A stretch of DNA of 64,000 nucleotides from Octopus sinensis. Taxonomy: Eukaryota. This document shows, in pieces, positions 36,601-48,836 of the stretch. The stretch covers positions 21,390,001-21,454,000 of the forward strand of contig NC_043009.1 of assembly GCF_006345805.1 (NCBI RefSeq), read 5' to 3'. The notes beneath the pieces were generated by a model, which was not told the DNA's origin, ran no database searches, and saw only the letters and a program-made list of their open reading frames with translations. Within the stretch, counting starts at the first letter, position 1. Each line of letters begins with the position of its first letter. The position numbers were made by a program, and so were the translations under genes.

Positions 36601-38337
36601 TTGCCCACCAGATAAGGGATCAGGGGACCCTGTCGAAGGTTTCTCCATGTCAACAAAAGCCAGGTACAGGGGCTTATCTTTGGCTAGGTATTTCTCCTGC
36701 AGCTGCCTTACCAGGAATATAGCATCAGTAGTACTTTTCCCTGGCACAAACCCAAACTGCATCTCATCTAAACTAACTCTCTCTCTAATTAGTTGGGCTA
36801 TGACCCTCTCCGTAACCTTCATCACCTGATCCAACAGCTTGATACCTCTGTAGTTATTTGTATCTAGGGCGTCACCTTTACCTTTGTAGCAGTTGACTAT
36901 TATGCTGCTACACCAGTCATTGGGTATGACTCCTTTGTGTATCACCTGATTAACTGTACGGGTGACTAGGCTATTGCCGACACTACCAGACATTTTGAGC
37001 ATCTCTGCAGTGATTCCTGATGGGCCTGGGGCTTTCCCTGTCTTCATGCTTCTAATTGCCTTAGCTACCACGGAACTATCAACTCGGATAGCTGGTCCTC
37101 TGTTGGGTCAACATTCGGCAGACTCTCTTTATCCCATTCATTTTCTTTATTCAGCAACCTTCATAGTGGCATCTCCAAACCTCTCTCTTTGCATCCTCAT
37201 TTAGCGCAAGTGAACCATCTTCCATGCGAACACACTTCTCTCCTACCACATCACGATTCTCTCTCACACACTGTCTTGCAACGCGAAACACCTCCAGTCT
37301 TTGGTCCTCACGGCGCAGAACATTGGCAAATTTTTTCTTATCTGCTTCCCCTCTGGCTAAATAAACCTGTCTCCTAGCTTCTCTTTTGGCAGTTTGATAC
37401 AATTCCCTGCTATCCCCATTTTTCCAGACCTTCCAAGCCTGTCTCTTTTCTCTAATAGCCCTGTCTACAATATTGTTCAACCACCACATTATTCTAGGTC
37501 GAGAGGGGACTTTGCACCAGCCACAGATCTGGTCAGTGGCTCTCAGCAGGTTGTCCCTTAGAAACGTCCAGCTAGACCCAGGAAAACATGGGATGAGGTG
37601 GTGAAGCATGATCTCTGAACCATGGACCTCATGGAGGCAATGGCTAGTGACCAAGACCTTTGGCAATATGTTGTGCTTGAGAAGACACATCAAGCCAAGT
37701 GAAAACCGCAGCTGTGGCTGATGCTGGTGTCACATAACCAGCACCCATGCAGGTAGCATATAAAAAGCACCTTTCGAGTGTTGAGCCTCACAGAGGCAAA
37801 ATGGTTGAACTCCTTTTGAATGTTGGGCCTCACAGAAGCAGTAACTGAGACCTTTGCCATTATATTGTGCTTGAGAAGACCCATCAACCCAAGTAAAATC
37901 ACATTTGTGGCAGATACCAGTGTCACACAAATGGCACCCATGCCGGTGGCATGTAAAAGCATCTTTTGAGTGTTGGGCCTCACAGAGGCAAGGACTGAGA
38001 TCACTTAGCATTATGTCAGGTTTCAAGCATTGGGCCTCACAGAGGAAATGACCAAGTCCATTTGGTATTATGTTGTGCTTGAGAAGAAGACCCATCAAGC
38101 CAAGTAAAACCACTGTCATGGAAGATACTGGTGTCATGCAAATGGCACTTGTGCCGGTGGCATGTAAAAGCATCCATTACACTCTTGGAGTGGTTAGCGT
38201 TGGGAAGGGCATCCAGCCATAAAAACCATGCCAAAACAGAGTGGAGTCTGGTGCAGCCTCCCAGCTTGCCAGCCCTGGTCAAACCATCCAAGCCATGCCA
38301 GCATGGACAACAGATGTTAAATGATGATGATGATGAT
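33611..38337 (+). mobile_element. Old RTE 3' half (33611-34857 and about 37573-38337), interrupted by a younger RTE
   Basis: YRGIKLL...YGHVMRM, resuming at TAGACCCAGG; (ATG)n tail at 38321-38337. Confidence 0.88.
34858..37571 (-). mobile_element. Younger 5'-truncated RTE (same subfamily as 1633-5520)
   Basis: (CAT)n tail at 34858; RT ORF fragments 35452-37570; 98-bp tandem duplication in the UTR (35186 / 35284). Confidence 0.96.
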
Positions 38338-38927
38338 AAGTTTATTTTTCTTTTTGTTTTTTTTCATATCTGGGAGGAAAAGGTCTAGTGCTCATAACTC
38401 TTATTCAGGGTCTTCAAGACTGATGAGAGGAAGGTAAAAATTATCCTCAGTCTTTGTTTGAATACTTACAACAGAATGAACTCCACTAAAAGCATCCAGG
38501 GTCCATGTGGTGGACACAGATAGTTAAGTCTACCACCCAAGAACAGAAACAAATTGTCCAGGCTTTCACACAGTTTCTGACTACCAAATTTAACTCACAA
38601 GATTTTGATCATCCTGATCCTATTGTATAAGATACTTACTGCAGAGGTGCTGCAGAGTTTAATATTTTCCAATGTTTTAAGATACATTGTGTGATTAATA
38701 GATATCTTCCTGACTCAGTATGAGTGTACTAAATGTTGGGATTTGCCTTTTTGATGCAAATAAAGGTTTGAACTCAGCTCGATATGCCATAATTTATATA
38801 TGGTGTTTATGGCAATGAGCTGCTCTTTATGATATGTATTCCTTTGAAAGTTAAGTGTTCCTTCTAGGGGCACAGAATAATAAGCAGTTTACATCTTAAT
38901 CACTTGTAGCTCACTGTGACTCATACA

Positions 38928-41258
38928 AACCACAAATCCCTTCAGGTAGATGGCCCTGCTCAATCTGTAGGTAAGACATAGGTAGAAATTCCATAAGTAC
39001 CTGGTGTAAGCTACGAGGGGCGTTCAATAAGTAATGCCCCTGACCCACTTCCCATAGCAGTAGAGCAACGAAACTTGGCACAGTTATTAGTCTTTTTCTA
39101 CATAGGAACCACCCAGAGTTACGCATTTCTCCCATCTGCAGGAGGAGAATACCTTTGCTGATCTTGTCCCGCCTCTTGATTTTGATAGCTTCTCTTAATT
39201 TCCTCAAAAGTGAAGCATAATAGGCTCCTGTAATTGTGGTACCCTTTGCCAGGAAATCTGTCATCACTACTCCGTCCTGGTCCCAGAAGACTGTGAGCAT
39301 GACCTTGCCAGCGGATGGCTGCACCCTTGCCTTCTTTGGAGGAGGTGAGTCACGGTGCTTCCACTGCATTGACTGGGCTTTGGTCTCTGGATCATAGTGA
39401 TGGACCCAAGTCTCATTCTGTGTAATCAGTCTTTTGAAAAATTTATACTCATCTTCTTGGCACATCTCCAAATTCATCCTCGAGCACTTGACGCGTTCTT
39501 GCTTCTGGAAAGATGTGAGCAACCTGAGAATCCATCTGGCAAACACCTTTTGCATATGCAAATGGTCATGAATGATAGTTTCCACAGACCCGGTACTAAT
39601 CTTGACCTTATGGGCTATTTGGCGAATAGTTATGCGTCGATCTTCCAAAATGGCAGCCTCAACTTGACGGACAGATGCCTCATCAATGGAAGAAGGGGGC
39701 GACCACATCTAGGAGCTGTTTCCACAGAGTTCCAACTATGTTTGAATTCACGATGCCAGCGTTTTTCAAGGTCATATGATGGGGCATCATCACCATAAGT
39801 TACTTTCATTTCATCAAAAGTCTCCCGTGGTGTGCAACCTTTCAAATACAAAAACTGGATCACTGCTCGACACTCAACAGGCTCCATTTCACACTTGACT
39901 CAGTTCAAACACCTATAAATCAGAAACCACAATTAGTTCAGAGCTGTAATTTGCCACTTAATCTATAGAGATATATATAATTGCACATGCAAAATTTCAG
40001 CTAGATCAAACAACTGCAAGTGGATCAGAGGCATTACTTATTGAACACCACTCGTATGAACACATAAGAGGTGCAGTAATATCAAAGGAAGGTTAACTGG
40101 GAAGATAGTTTTTGTGTGTGGCAGATGCACAGGGACATTATACGCTGAAAATATGCAGAAAGCAGCTTCAATCACCTGCCAGGGAAAAAAACTAGAAGTA
40201 GTTGATAGCTTCTGTTACCTAGGTGACCAAGTTAGTGGCTGGGGTGGATGCTCTGAGAGTGTAGCTGCTAGAATAAGAATTGCCTGGGCAAAGTTCAGAG
40301 AGCTCCTACCTCTGCTGGCAACAAAGGGCCTCTCGCTCAGAGTGAAAGGTATACTATATGATGAATGTGTGTAAACAGCCATGCTACACAGCAGTGAAAC
40401 ATGGGCTGTGACTGTTGAGGACATGTGTAGGCTTGAAAGAAAGGAAGCTAGTATGCTCTACTGGATGTGTAATGTGAGTGTGCATACACAACAGAGAGAA
40501 ATGTTGGACATAAGAAGCATCAGATGTCTTGTGCAAGAGAGATGACTGCACTGGTATGGTCTTATGTTATGTATAGATGAGGACAGCTGTGTGAAGAAGT
40601 ATCACACCCTAACTGTGGAGGGAATCTGTGGAAGAGGTAGAGCCAGGAAGACCTGGGATGAGGTGGTGAAGCACAACCTTTAAACGTTGGGCCTCAGAAA
40701 GGCAATAACAAGTGACTGATACCTTTTGAGATTTGCTGTGCTCGAGAAAACCTGGGAAGCCAAGTGAGATCGTATAACCAATGTCACATAACCGGTCCAT
40801 TTGAGAGTACCCTTCACTCATCAGGCATTATTCTTTGCTTGAGAAGACCTGTTGAGTTAAGTGAAATCATCATGGCTGATGCCAGTATCATCTGACTGGC
40901 ATGTAGAAAGCACCATTCGAGTGTGGTCAATGCTAATGCCACCGGACTGGCTCCCATGCTGGTGACATGTAAAAAGCATCATTCAAGCATGGTCGATACC
41001 AGTTCTGCCTGACTGGCTCCTGTGCCGGTGGCATGTAAAAAGCACCATTCAGCCGTGGTTGATGCTAGTGCTGCCTGACTGGCCCCCATGCCAGTGGCAC
41101 GTAAAAGGTACCCACTACACTCCCGGTTGGCATTAGGGAGGGCATCCAGCTGTAGATCAGATTGGAGCCTGGTGCAGCCTACTGGCTTACCAGTCCCCAG
41201 TCAAACCATCCAACCTGCTCGGAAAACGGACGTTAAACGATGATGATGATAATGATGA
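38928..41258 (+). mobile_element. 5'-truncated RTE interrupted by a mariner
   Basis: QIPSGRWPC before 39013, continuing after 40055; tail near 41239-41258. Confidence 0.9.
39014..40054 (-). mobile_element. Mariner (irritans-like), internally deleted, 1041 bp
   Basis: TIRs CGAG(G/T)GG(C/T)GTTCAATAAGTAATGCC; TA duplicated on both sides; ETWVHHYDPE...SAGKVMLTVFWD. Confidence 0.95.
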
Positions 41259-41333
41259 AATAAATAGCTCTGTCTTCAGCTGAATAAGTCACTCCATGGG
41301 TTTTGTTTACATAAATTTACTTGTCTGTTGTAG

Positions 41334-41446
41334 ATACAAGGTGGACTTCTTGATCTTGGTAATGAGAAAAGCATTGAAGATGACACTGCAGTTTTTCATC
41401 CAGATGTACACAACAAAATAATTCTCTATGGTGGTTCAACAATAAG
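41334..41446 (+). CDS. DCAF17: DCAF17 exon: IQGGLLDLGNEKSIEDDTAVFHPDVHNKIILYGGSTI(+AG)
   Basis: ttgtctgttgtag acceptor and aag|gtcagt donor; resembles human IYFHPDASGRIIHVG. Confidence 0.9.
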
Positions 41447-41872
41447 GTCAGTTTGTTTCTTGACCTATTGACCATGTAATCATTTTAGTATTCTCCTTTT
41501 CCCCATGGCATACCAACATATCCAAATTTACAAATTTCACTGCATAATTTTTGTCATCATAAACCATCACCAATTTCCTTAAACTTTTTTTTCTTTAATC
41601 ATTTTAGTATTTGATGCAATGGCTATCATATTTGCTTACTAAACTAAAGACCAATACAAGAACTGAAATTCAAATCTTCCCACTAATATTTTGTCATATT
41701 GTAAAAGCTGTATCACAAAGGCATGGCTTTCCCTTCAAAGACATAAAATATTTAATCTCTCAACAGAATTATTAATCATTTTCAACTATTCTCTGCATAA
41801 CGCAAGTATTGTTCACGCAAATAAACAGTTGACACTTCCTCAGTTGAACAGGTTAATAAGAACAATACATAC

Positions 41873-43151
41873 TGTTACGGTTGGCTAAGTGCATTTCTGG
41901 TGACCCACTTAGGAATTATGGTTCCAGCATGTCTGGTAAAAATGTGACGGGTCCTTTGTCTAGTGGGAGACTGATGAGTTTTGGAAGGACCTGTGACCTT
42001 GTGCGGTTGAGAAAAGGGTCAGTGAGAATGTGAAAGAGGAAGACAGATTAAGGGAATCTAAGAGCAGATGGAGAGGGTATTGACAGTAAGAGAGAAGGAC
42101 AGGCAGAGAGTATGGTAGAGCTGTCATGAGAGAGATAGAGTATAAGCAGTAAGGGACGGATGGAGAGGCTAAGAGTCTGGCAGGCGATAGCGATAGAGTA
42201 AGAGCAGAGGGCAAATAGAAAGGATAAGCAGTAAGGGACAGATAGAGAGGCTAAGGGATTGAGGCGATATAGATAGAGTAAGGAATCAGAGAGCAGTTAG
42301 AAAGGGTAGGAGCGATATAGACAGAGGGAGATGAGGGAGTGGAAGAAGGACAGAGACGAAGTGAGGTCTGGCAGTTGGTAGTTGGTCGTCAAGAAGGGCA
42401 GTCGTTGAGCGGTCGTCGAGGAACACAGACGGATCTTGGAGTCGCTGGCCGGTCCTCGAAGAAGACAGTCGGATCCTGGAAGTCAGAGCGAGTAGATGGA
42501 ATCTTAGAAGCGTTGGAATCTTAGCGAGCAAGCTGGGATGCGAGAAGGCTTGGCGGCACAGAAGGGATATGTACAGAGGATTTAGCAGTATTGAGAGGAA
42601 TGGGACACTGGCGATTCAATTAGGAATTGAGGTATGTGTTTGTGCATTGATACGTGTCACGATGTATTGAACAGTGGAAAGAACAGTCAAGGACTTGTCG
42701 ATATGTCGATTATCGAGTTGTGGTATTTATGTTCAGAATTGAGTAAAGGACTTGTTGATGTGACTTTATCTATGATGTTTAGAAAGAGACTTTAAAGAAC
42801 TGTTGTCTTCGGACGTGAACTTTGAACTGTACTCTTGAATTGCTGTTGTATTATGCTTTGATCTGTTGTATGATGTATTGAGTAGTCACGTGCATGTCTT
42901 CCTTTAAATGTCTGCCTTAAATGTATTTGATGTGTAGCAATTGATTGTCATATAAACTGTTGTTTGAATATAAGCCAGTGTCTCTGTTGCCTTGCCTCTC
43001 TTTGGGTTGTATCTCAGGTTGTGCCTCTGTATCTCTGTGCTGCTGAGGTTGTGGCAGTATCTATCTGTATCTCCTCTCTCCGCCTCTTTGGGTCCCGTGG
43101 CGGAACTTGGGTGGGCCGTTCGGGCGAGCGACGACGGGGGATTCCGTAACA
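41873..43151. mobile_element. Probable solo LTR, 1279 bp
   Basis: TGTTACGG...CCGTAACA termini; 4-bp TSD ATAC (41869-41872, 43152-43155); non-coding. Confidence 0.82.
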
Positions 43152-44269
43152 ATACAATGCTTGACATAGCAGTGAAATCCTTTCCATAACGACTTCCCTG
43201 CTATCTTTAAAATAAAGACCACGTGTTTATATTTGAACAGCCTATCTCACAATAAAAGCAAAATCAAGCTAATGAAGGAGCCTCTATGTAGTTGCCTGAC
43301 TTGCTATAAATAGCAGTTAAATGTACCTCAGATCACACCTTACTATCAAAAACAGTAGAACAGTAATGTAGTCCCTGATAGACAATTAGCAAAATGGTCA
43401 TGGCTGGAATGCTTAGGATTGTAAGTTTGCTTTGTCAGAGCTGATCTGAGACTAACATGAGGCATCTTCAAGGAAAGCCTTGCCTGCAATATCATTGTTT
43501 ATATGTTTTCGTATGGCAAACTTATTCCTGTTTATGAACTTCATTTACTGATTTTTATTATTCATGGTTTGAAAAATACATCAAGATCTCTTTTTCTTCA
43601 AAACATGAAGTAGGTACTTTTTGAGATACATGCATAAATGTATTAAATGTTAACAAAAACTGTATAAGAATGCCATTCCTATATTTATCCTTATAGATAA
43701 TCTGTCTGTGTCTTTGCACAAGTAGTTATATATCAGTCCATTTGTATTAAATAAAAATGGAATGTTGGACACATCTGTAAGTGATCAATTCAATATGTTT
43801 TCAATTCATTAGGTTGATTGATGAAATTCTTTAGCTTTTCATCTCAATTTTGTACCACCTTATAATCATTGATATTGCTATGTTGATGACCTGATGTCCT
43901 GGCCTATGATGCCAAGTCTATTATGTACTATATAGTAGTTCATCATCAATGTTATTTGTTCTTTTGACTCAATTACACTCTGTAGTCTGTTCTCCATTAA
44001 ACCATACCCTACTGACATGAGTGTTTTTTTACATAAACAAAATACTGTTGCTTATCTGCCCATGAATGACAGCTTAAGCCAAGGGTAACAGCTTATATAG
44101 AAAGAAGACAACCTAATATCAACATTCCTAGTCTTCTCTTCTTGGGTTTTTAATTATAATCACTGATTCCAGTTAAATGTACAAGGTGTTAATATAGTAA
44201 TGCTAACAAATTGAAAGTTTCCAAAACTCCAAAGTTCACAAAACTACTGTTCAAGAGTAAATACAAACA

Positions 44270-45520
44270 GTAATCAATGGTTTACTATGTCCCTCAAAAT
44301 CTCAGAGGAAGCACTTACCATTTTTAGACACTCTGAAATCTCCTCATGACTTTTGATCCATTCTATCTCAACTTCTTTGTTGATTGCTATTTTTTTTACT
44401 CTTGCTTCATAAACTCTAAGACAATGATCATTTAAAAGTTTAGGTGAATTTAAAATTACTACAATTGATGAGTTGAAAGTTTTGTAGAGCATTTCTGGCG
44501 ATTAGGGCAGTTGGAATATCTCCCGTATTATAGCAGCCACTAAAACATCTGTATCTGTTACTTTACTAAGTGCAAGAATCTCTGAAGCTAATGGAATCTT
44601 TGTTACATTATCCAGTTCTTGTGGATGATTAACATTTTGGAGCCATCTTGATCATAATATCTCCAAAAATATAACAAAACCATCCTGTGAAGATCCATCT
44701 TGTAGGTGGTATCAGAACAACTGACATTATTCAGATCTGAAGGTTTTTCCAACATTGGAAATGGAATAGAACCTTTTCTTTTCTGAGATTTCAACTTCGA
44801 TAATGCTTTATTAGCTTCAAACAGAATCTTTACTTTGAGGTGTTTTCCAGAATTGCTCATTATACTAATGTCCAATTAGTCATTGGGATAAGTCTGCATA
44901 GATAATCACTTCATCTGACCTGCAAGTCTTTTCAATTCCAATTTCTCTTAACTAATCTTTTATCCTTAGTGACCTTCCTTTCCTTATTTCTATTGTATAA
45001 GTCTTGATCTAAAGTTATTCTACTCTTGGAATTATTTACATTACAGCTTAAATGATTGAATGTTCCACTCATGAATTTTGACTTTAAATTATCTTTTCAC
45101 AATTGTAATCACATCATTTTCAAACAATTTATTTCTATGCAGTACAAAAATTCTTTACAGGCATTGCCAAAACACTCATAAATTTCCTAATAGCGTCATG
45201 CTACAGAAATAGAATATTGTCTTAAACACTCACTACTCCCAATTTGTTGAGTATTGGAGTGACTTTTATTACCATGATCAAGGTACATCATAGATGTATC
45301 TCTTCAGTTTCCACACCTGTAATTTTGGACATTCATTAGAAGGGGCAGTTTAAAGAAAATCCCTCTCTTCAGGATATCACCTTCCAAAAATGCTGAGTTG
45401 AAATCAAAAATCTGTACTCACCAATTCATAACTGATGCAATTACTAACTGCATGACTTCATGTCACTTGAATTTTCCTCAGGGCCAGCTGCAATATGATG
45501 AGCCGTCATTATTTTCCTAT
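44270..45520 (-). mobile_element. Copia-like RT/RNase H relic
   Basis: DFNSAFLEGD, SNSGKH...EANKAL, DHCLRVYEARV...EIEWIKS; many stops. Confidence 0.7.
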
Positions 45521-45758
45521 TATTCTTCTGTTTTTCTATAATTAACCATTTTGTTGATATAGTTTATTGGCCTCTGTAGGGTATACATCATGATTTTTCA
45601 TATGTTGTATTTCTTTATAATTTGCAGAAACATTTAGACATTCACACTTATATTTCTTTCCCTGAAATTTAAGGACTTTTCTAGTTGTAGAGGTGGTGGT
45701 GGCGGTGGTACTTATTGTCATAATAATAATGATAATTTGTTCATTCTTTCATCACCAG

Positions 45759-45846
45759 GATTCTAAAGCTTGTCAATGATGTCAATTCCCAAAAATGTAT
45801 AAGGTTACAAAAAGAAATTTTGCTGGATCAAATTTACAAAAGTCCT
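45759..45846 (+). CDS. DCAF17: DCAF17 exon: (R)ILKLVNDVNSQKCIRLQKEILLDQIYKSP
   Basis: tctttcatcaccag acceptor and gtaagt donor; phase 2 completes AG+G = Arg; resembles human KVLKL. Confidence 0.83.
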
Positions 45847-46189
45847 GTAAGTAAGGATCTCTTTATGATATTTATTTAATTTCATAATTTTTCTAGTTTG
45901 AAATACCATTTTGTTTGTATCTGAAAATATGAAGGTCAAATATATTTTTTATTTATGTTGAATCAACAGTTAAGTTCTTATTTTATTCAAATGTGACTTG
46001 GTCAATGTTTCTACAGTTCTTCTTTCCCATCAACATCTTGCCAGCTAAGACCACATGTATTTCAGCCAGCCTCCCTCCTCATTGCTTCATTTTTATACAA
46101 TAAATATGCTGATTAAAATGTACATGTGTATTAATATGGTATTAATAATAATGATGATGATATTAATAATAATAATAATAATAATAATA

Positions 46190-46836
46190 ATGCAGTACCA
46201 ATGCCCTGATGCAGTACCAATGCCCTGATGCAGTACCAATGCCCTGATGCAGTACCTTAATGCCCTGATGCAGTACCAATGCCCTGATGCAGTACCAGGC
46301 AGTGGCTCTCATGGCTTCTGATCTTAACTGATTGGAAGTGTTATCATGTACATTGTTTTGTCTTGGTATAAAAGATGGGCTACAGCAAATATTCTGCTCA
46401 ATACCACAGATTTGCTTGTCAGTTGTTTGACCTTAACCAGTTGAGCATATCCCTTAGTGGCTGACGATATGTGCATCTCTGATCACGAGCAGAAGTAGTG
46501 GGGGAGCATCAGGGCCATGTGTTGAGAGGGATTCTTTGGGGTTTGAATAGTTCACCTCTGGAAACATGGGTGGTTCTTTCAACATCCTTAAACAACCCTT
46601 ATTCAGGGACCGTTTGAGCAGGATGGGCTACTCAAAATGAAGAAAATTCTAACTGGGCCCCACCTGCAAGGTCATGTGCTGTTTATCTTGATATGAGATC
46701 ACCATGTCGCGCACATATGGTTGTGATGCATGTGCCTGGTGTACCTTTATCAGACGGGTAGTCATGATGGGTATATTGGGCTTCGTATATTTTACCCCAG
46801 TGTCACTTTGATGGCATGAACTGCTCTCTCACTCAA
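46190..46836. mobile_element. Non-coding element inserted between (TAA)n tracts, with five copies of a terminal 19-mer
   Basis: AATGCCCTGATGCAGTACC units from 46200 to 46296; flanked by AAT repeats. Confidence 0.7.
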
Positions 46837-46854
46837 TGATAATAATAATAATAA

Positions 46855-48410
46855 CTGTACCAAAAAAACTGATGTATGACCTGGATAAACTTCAAAAATG
46901 TTTACGACATGTTGCCACATTTGTGGATTTTGGAAACACTTGACATGTATTGAATAGCAGAGAACGTGTGTGCACTGATTAAGAACAGCATGCCTAGTTG
47001 GAAAACGTGTCTTTCCTGTAACAACCAGCACTTAGCCGAGGTATCAATAAAAAGTTCTATCTTCCAAAGAGATTCTTGTTCACCTCTGTTATTTGTTATA
47101 GCCTTGTTCCCACTTTCTGTAGTCCTATGCAAAATCAGTGTGCACTATGAGCTGAGAAAGAATGGACCTCGTCTCAACTACCTTCTCATCATGGATGATT
47201 TAAAGCTGTTTCTAAAAACAGAGCCTAAAATGAAGCAGCTGGCTGAGACTGTGCAAATGTGAAGCAAGGATATAGGGATGGAATTTGGGATCTTGAAGTC
47301 TGCAGTGCTTACTTTGAAGTGGGGGAAAAGAGTAAATTGTAGGGGCATAGAATTGCCAAACAGAGAGAATGGAAAACCCGGATGATGATGGGTACAAGTA
47401 CCTTGGGATCTTGGAGCTGGACAATATCTTGCACAAAGAAATGAAAGACAAGGTCATCAGTGCATATTTCAAGTGCCTCAAACTTCTTTTGAATCAAAGC
47501 TCAACACAAGGAACTTTGTGACTGCCTTCAACATATGAGCTGTTGCTGTAGTCCACTATAGTGCATCCATCCTGAAATGGATACAAGTGGAGATTGACCA
47601 ACTTGATCACACTACTCGAAAAACAATGACAATGCATGGTGCCCTAAGGCAAACATACACAAGCTCTACATAAAGAGAGGTAAAGGTGGACATGGGCTGA
47701 TTAGCATACGGGAGTGCATCAACATTGAAGGAAGAAACATGGCAGAATATTTGGTGAACAGCAAACAAGAACTGCTACAGTATACTGATAGTGCAGAAGG
47801 AGTTAACAAAAATGGACTTAAGAGTGCTCATGAATTTCGATGAAGAACAGCCAATGAGAGAGTACCCCTACTCCGTATGGAATTATATGGTTAGTTCCAC
47901 TGTGAAACCAACAAATTAAAAGACCTGGAAGCATCGTGGAGTTGGATCAACAAGGGTGACCTAAAAAAGAATACTGAGAGCCTAGTCATTGCTGCCCAGG
48001 ATCAGGCATTGAATACCAACTCAGTTGAAAAGAATATATACCACACAAATGCACTGGACCTCTGCAAAATGTGTGGAAAGTGGGTCAAAAGTGTGACTCA
48101 CATTGTTAGTACTTGTGAAAGTCTTGTGCAGAAAGAGTACAAGCATAGACACGACAAGGTAGCTCCAAACCTCCACTGGCTACTATGCTATAAGTATGGA
48201 TATGAGGTTATGGGTGCTTGGTACCAACATACACTGGAAAAGGTAATGGACAAAATGGGAAAAACAAAAATCCTCTGGGACTTTGATTTCCAGATAGACA
48301 GGGTGTTAGAGCACTGAAGGCTCATATAGTAACTTTTAGGAGGGATACACAAGAATGTCTAATAATTGATGTAGCAGTGCCAGGAGAACAACATATCATG
48401 AAAGAAAGAG
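46855..48410 (+). mobile_element. R4/Dong-like non-LTR relic (RT, CCHC finger, restriction-like endonuclease)
   Basis: IFQRDSCSPLLF, LIMDDLKLF, CKMC...THIVSTC, RHDKVA, ILWDF, IIDVAVP; followed by (TAA)n. Confidence 0.88.
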
Positions 48411-48836
48411 AATAATAATAATAAAATTTTATGACTCACTCCTGTAAGATCGTTTAACTGTAGAGAGTAATATTCATTTGCACAGGTTCTGAACACAACC
48501 TCTATTTTTGCACACCCGTTATTACCACCCACCTTCCTCCCACCACCATCTTAATTTAAATGTACATGAACTGTTTCCCTTGGCAGCTCGTATACTCCTC
48601 CTGTGCTGTGGGTTGGGGTACATATTTTGCTGAATTTCCTCTTTGTACCTTATACCTGCATACAGGCATCTGTATGAATGCCGTATAAGCCTAAGGGTAC
48701 CACATATACAAATATTTAGATCTATAATACTTAAACTGTCCTGGATAGCCATCCTATCCTATCTTCCTGGTCAACCTATATGTCCTATTCTCATACCCTT
48801 TTCATGTCTTCCTTGTTGGTTGTTGTAATCCGACAG

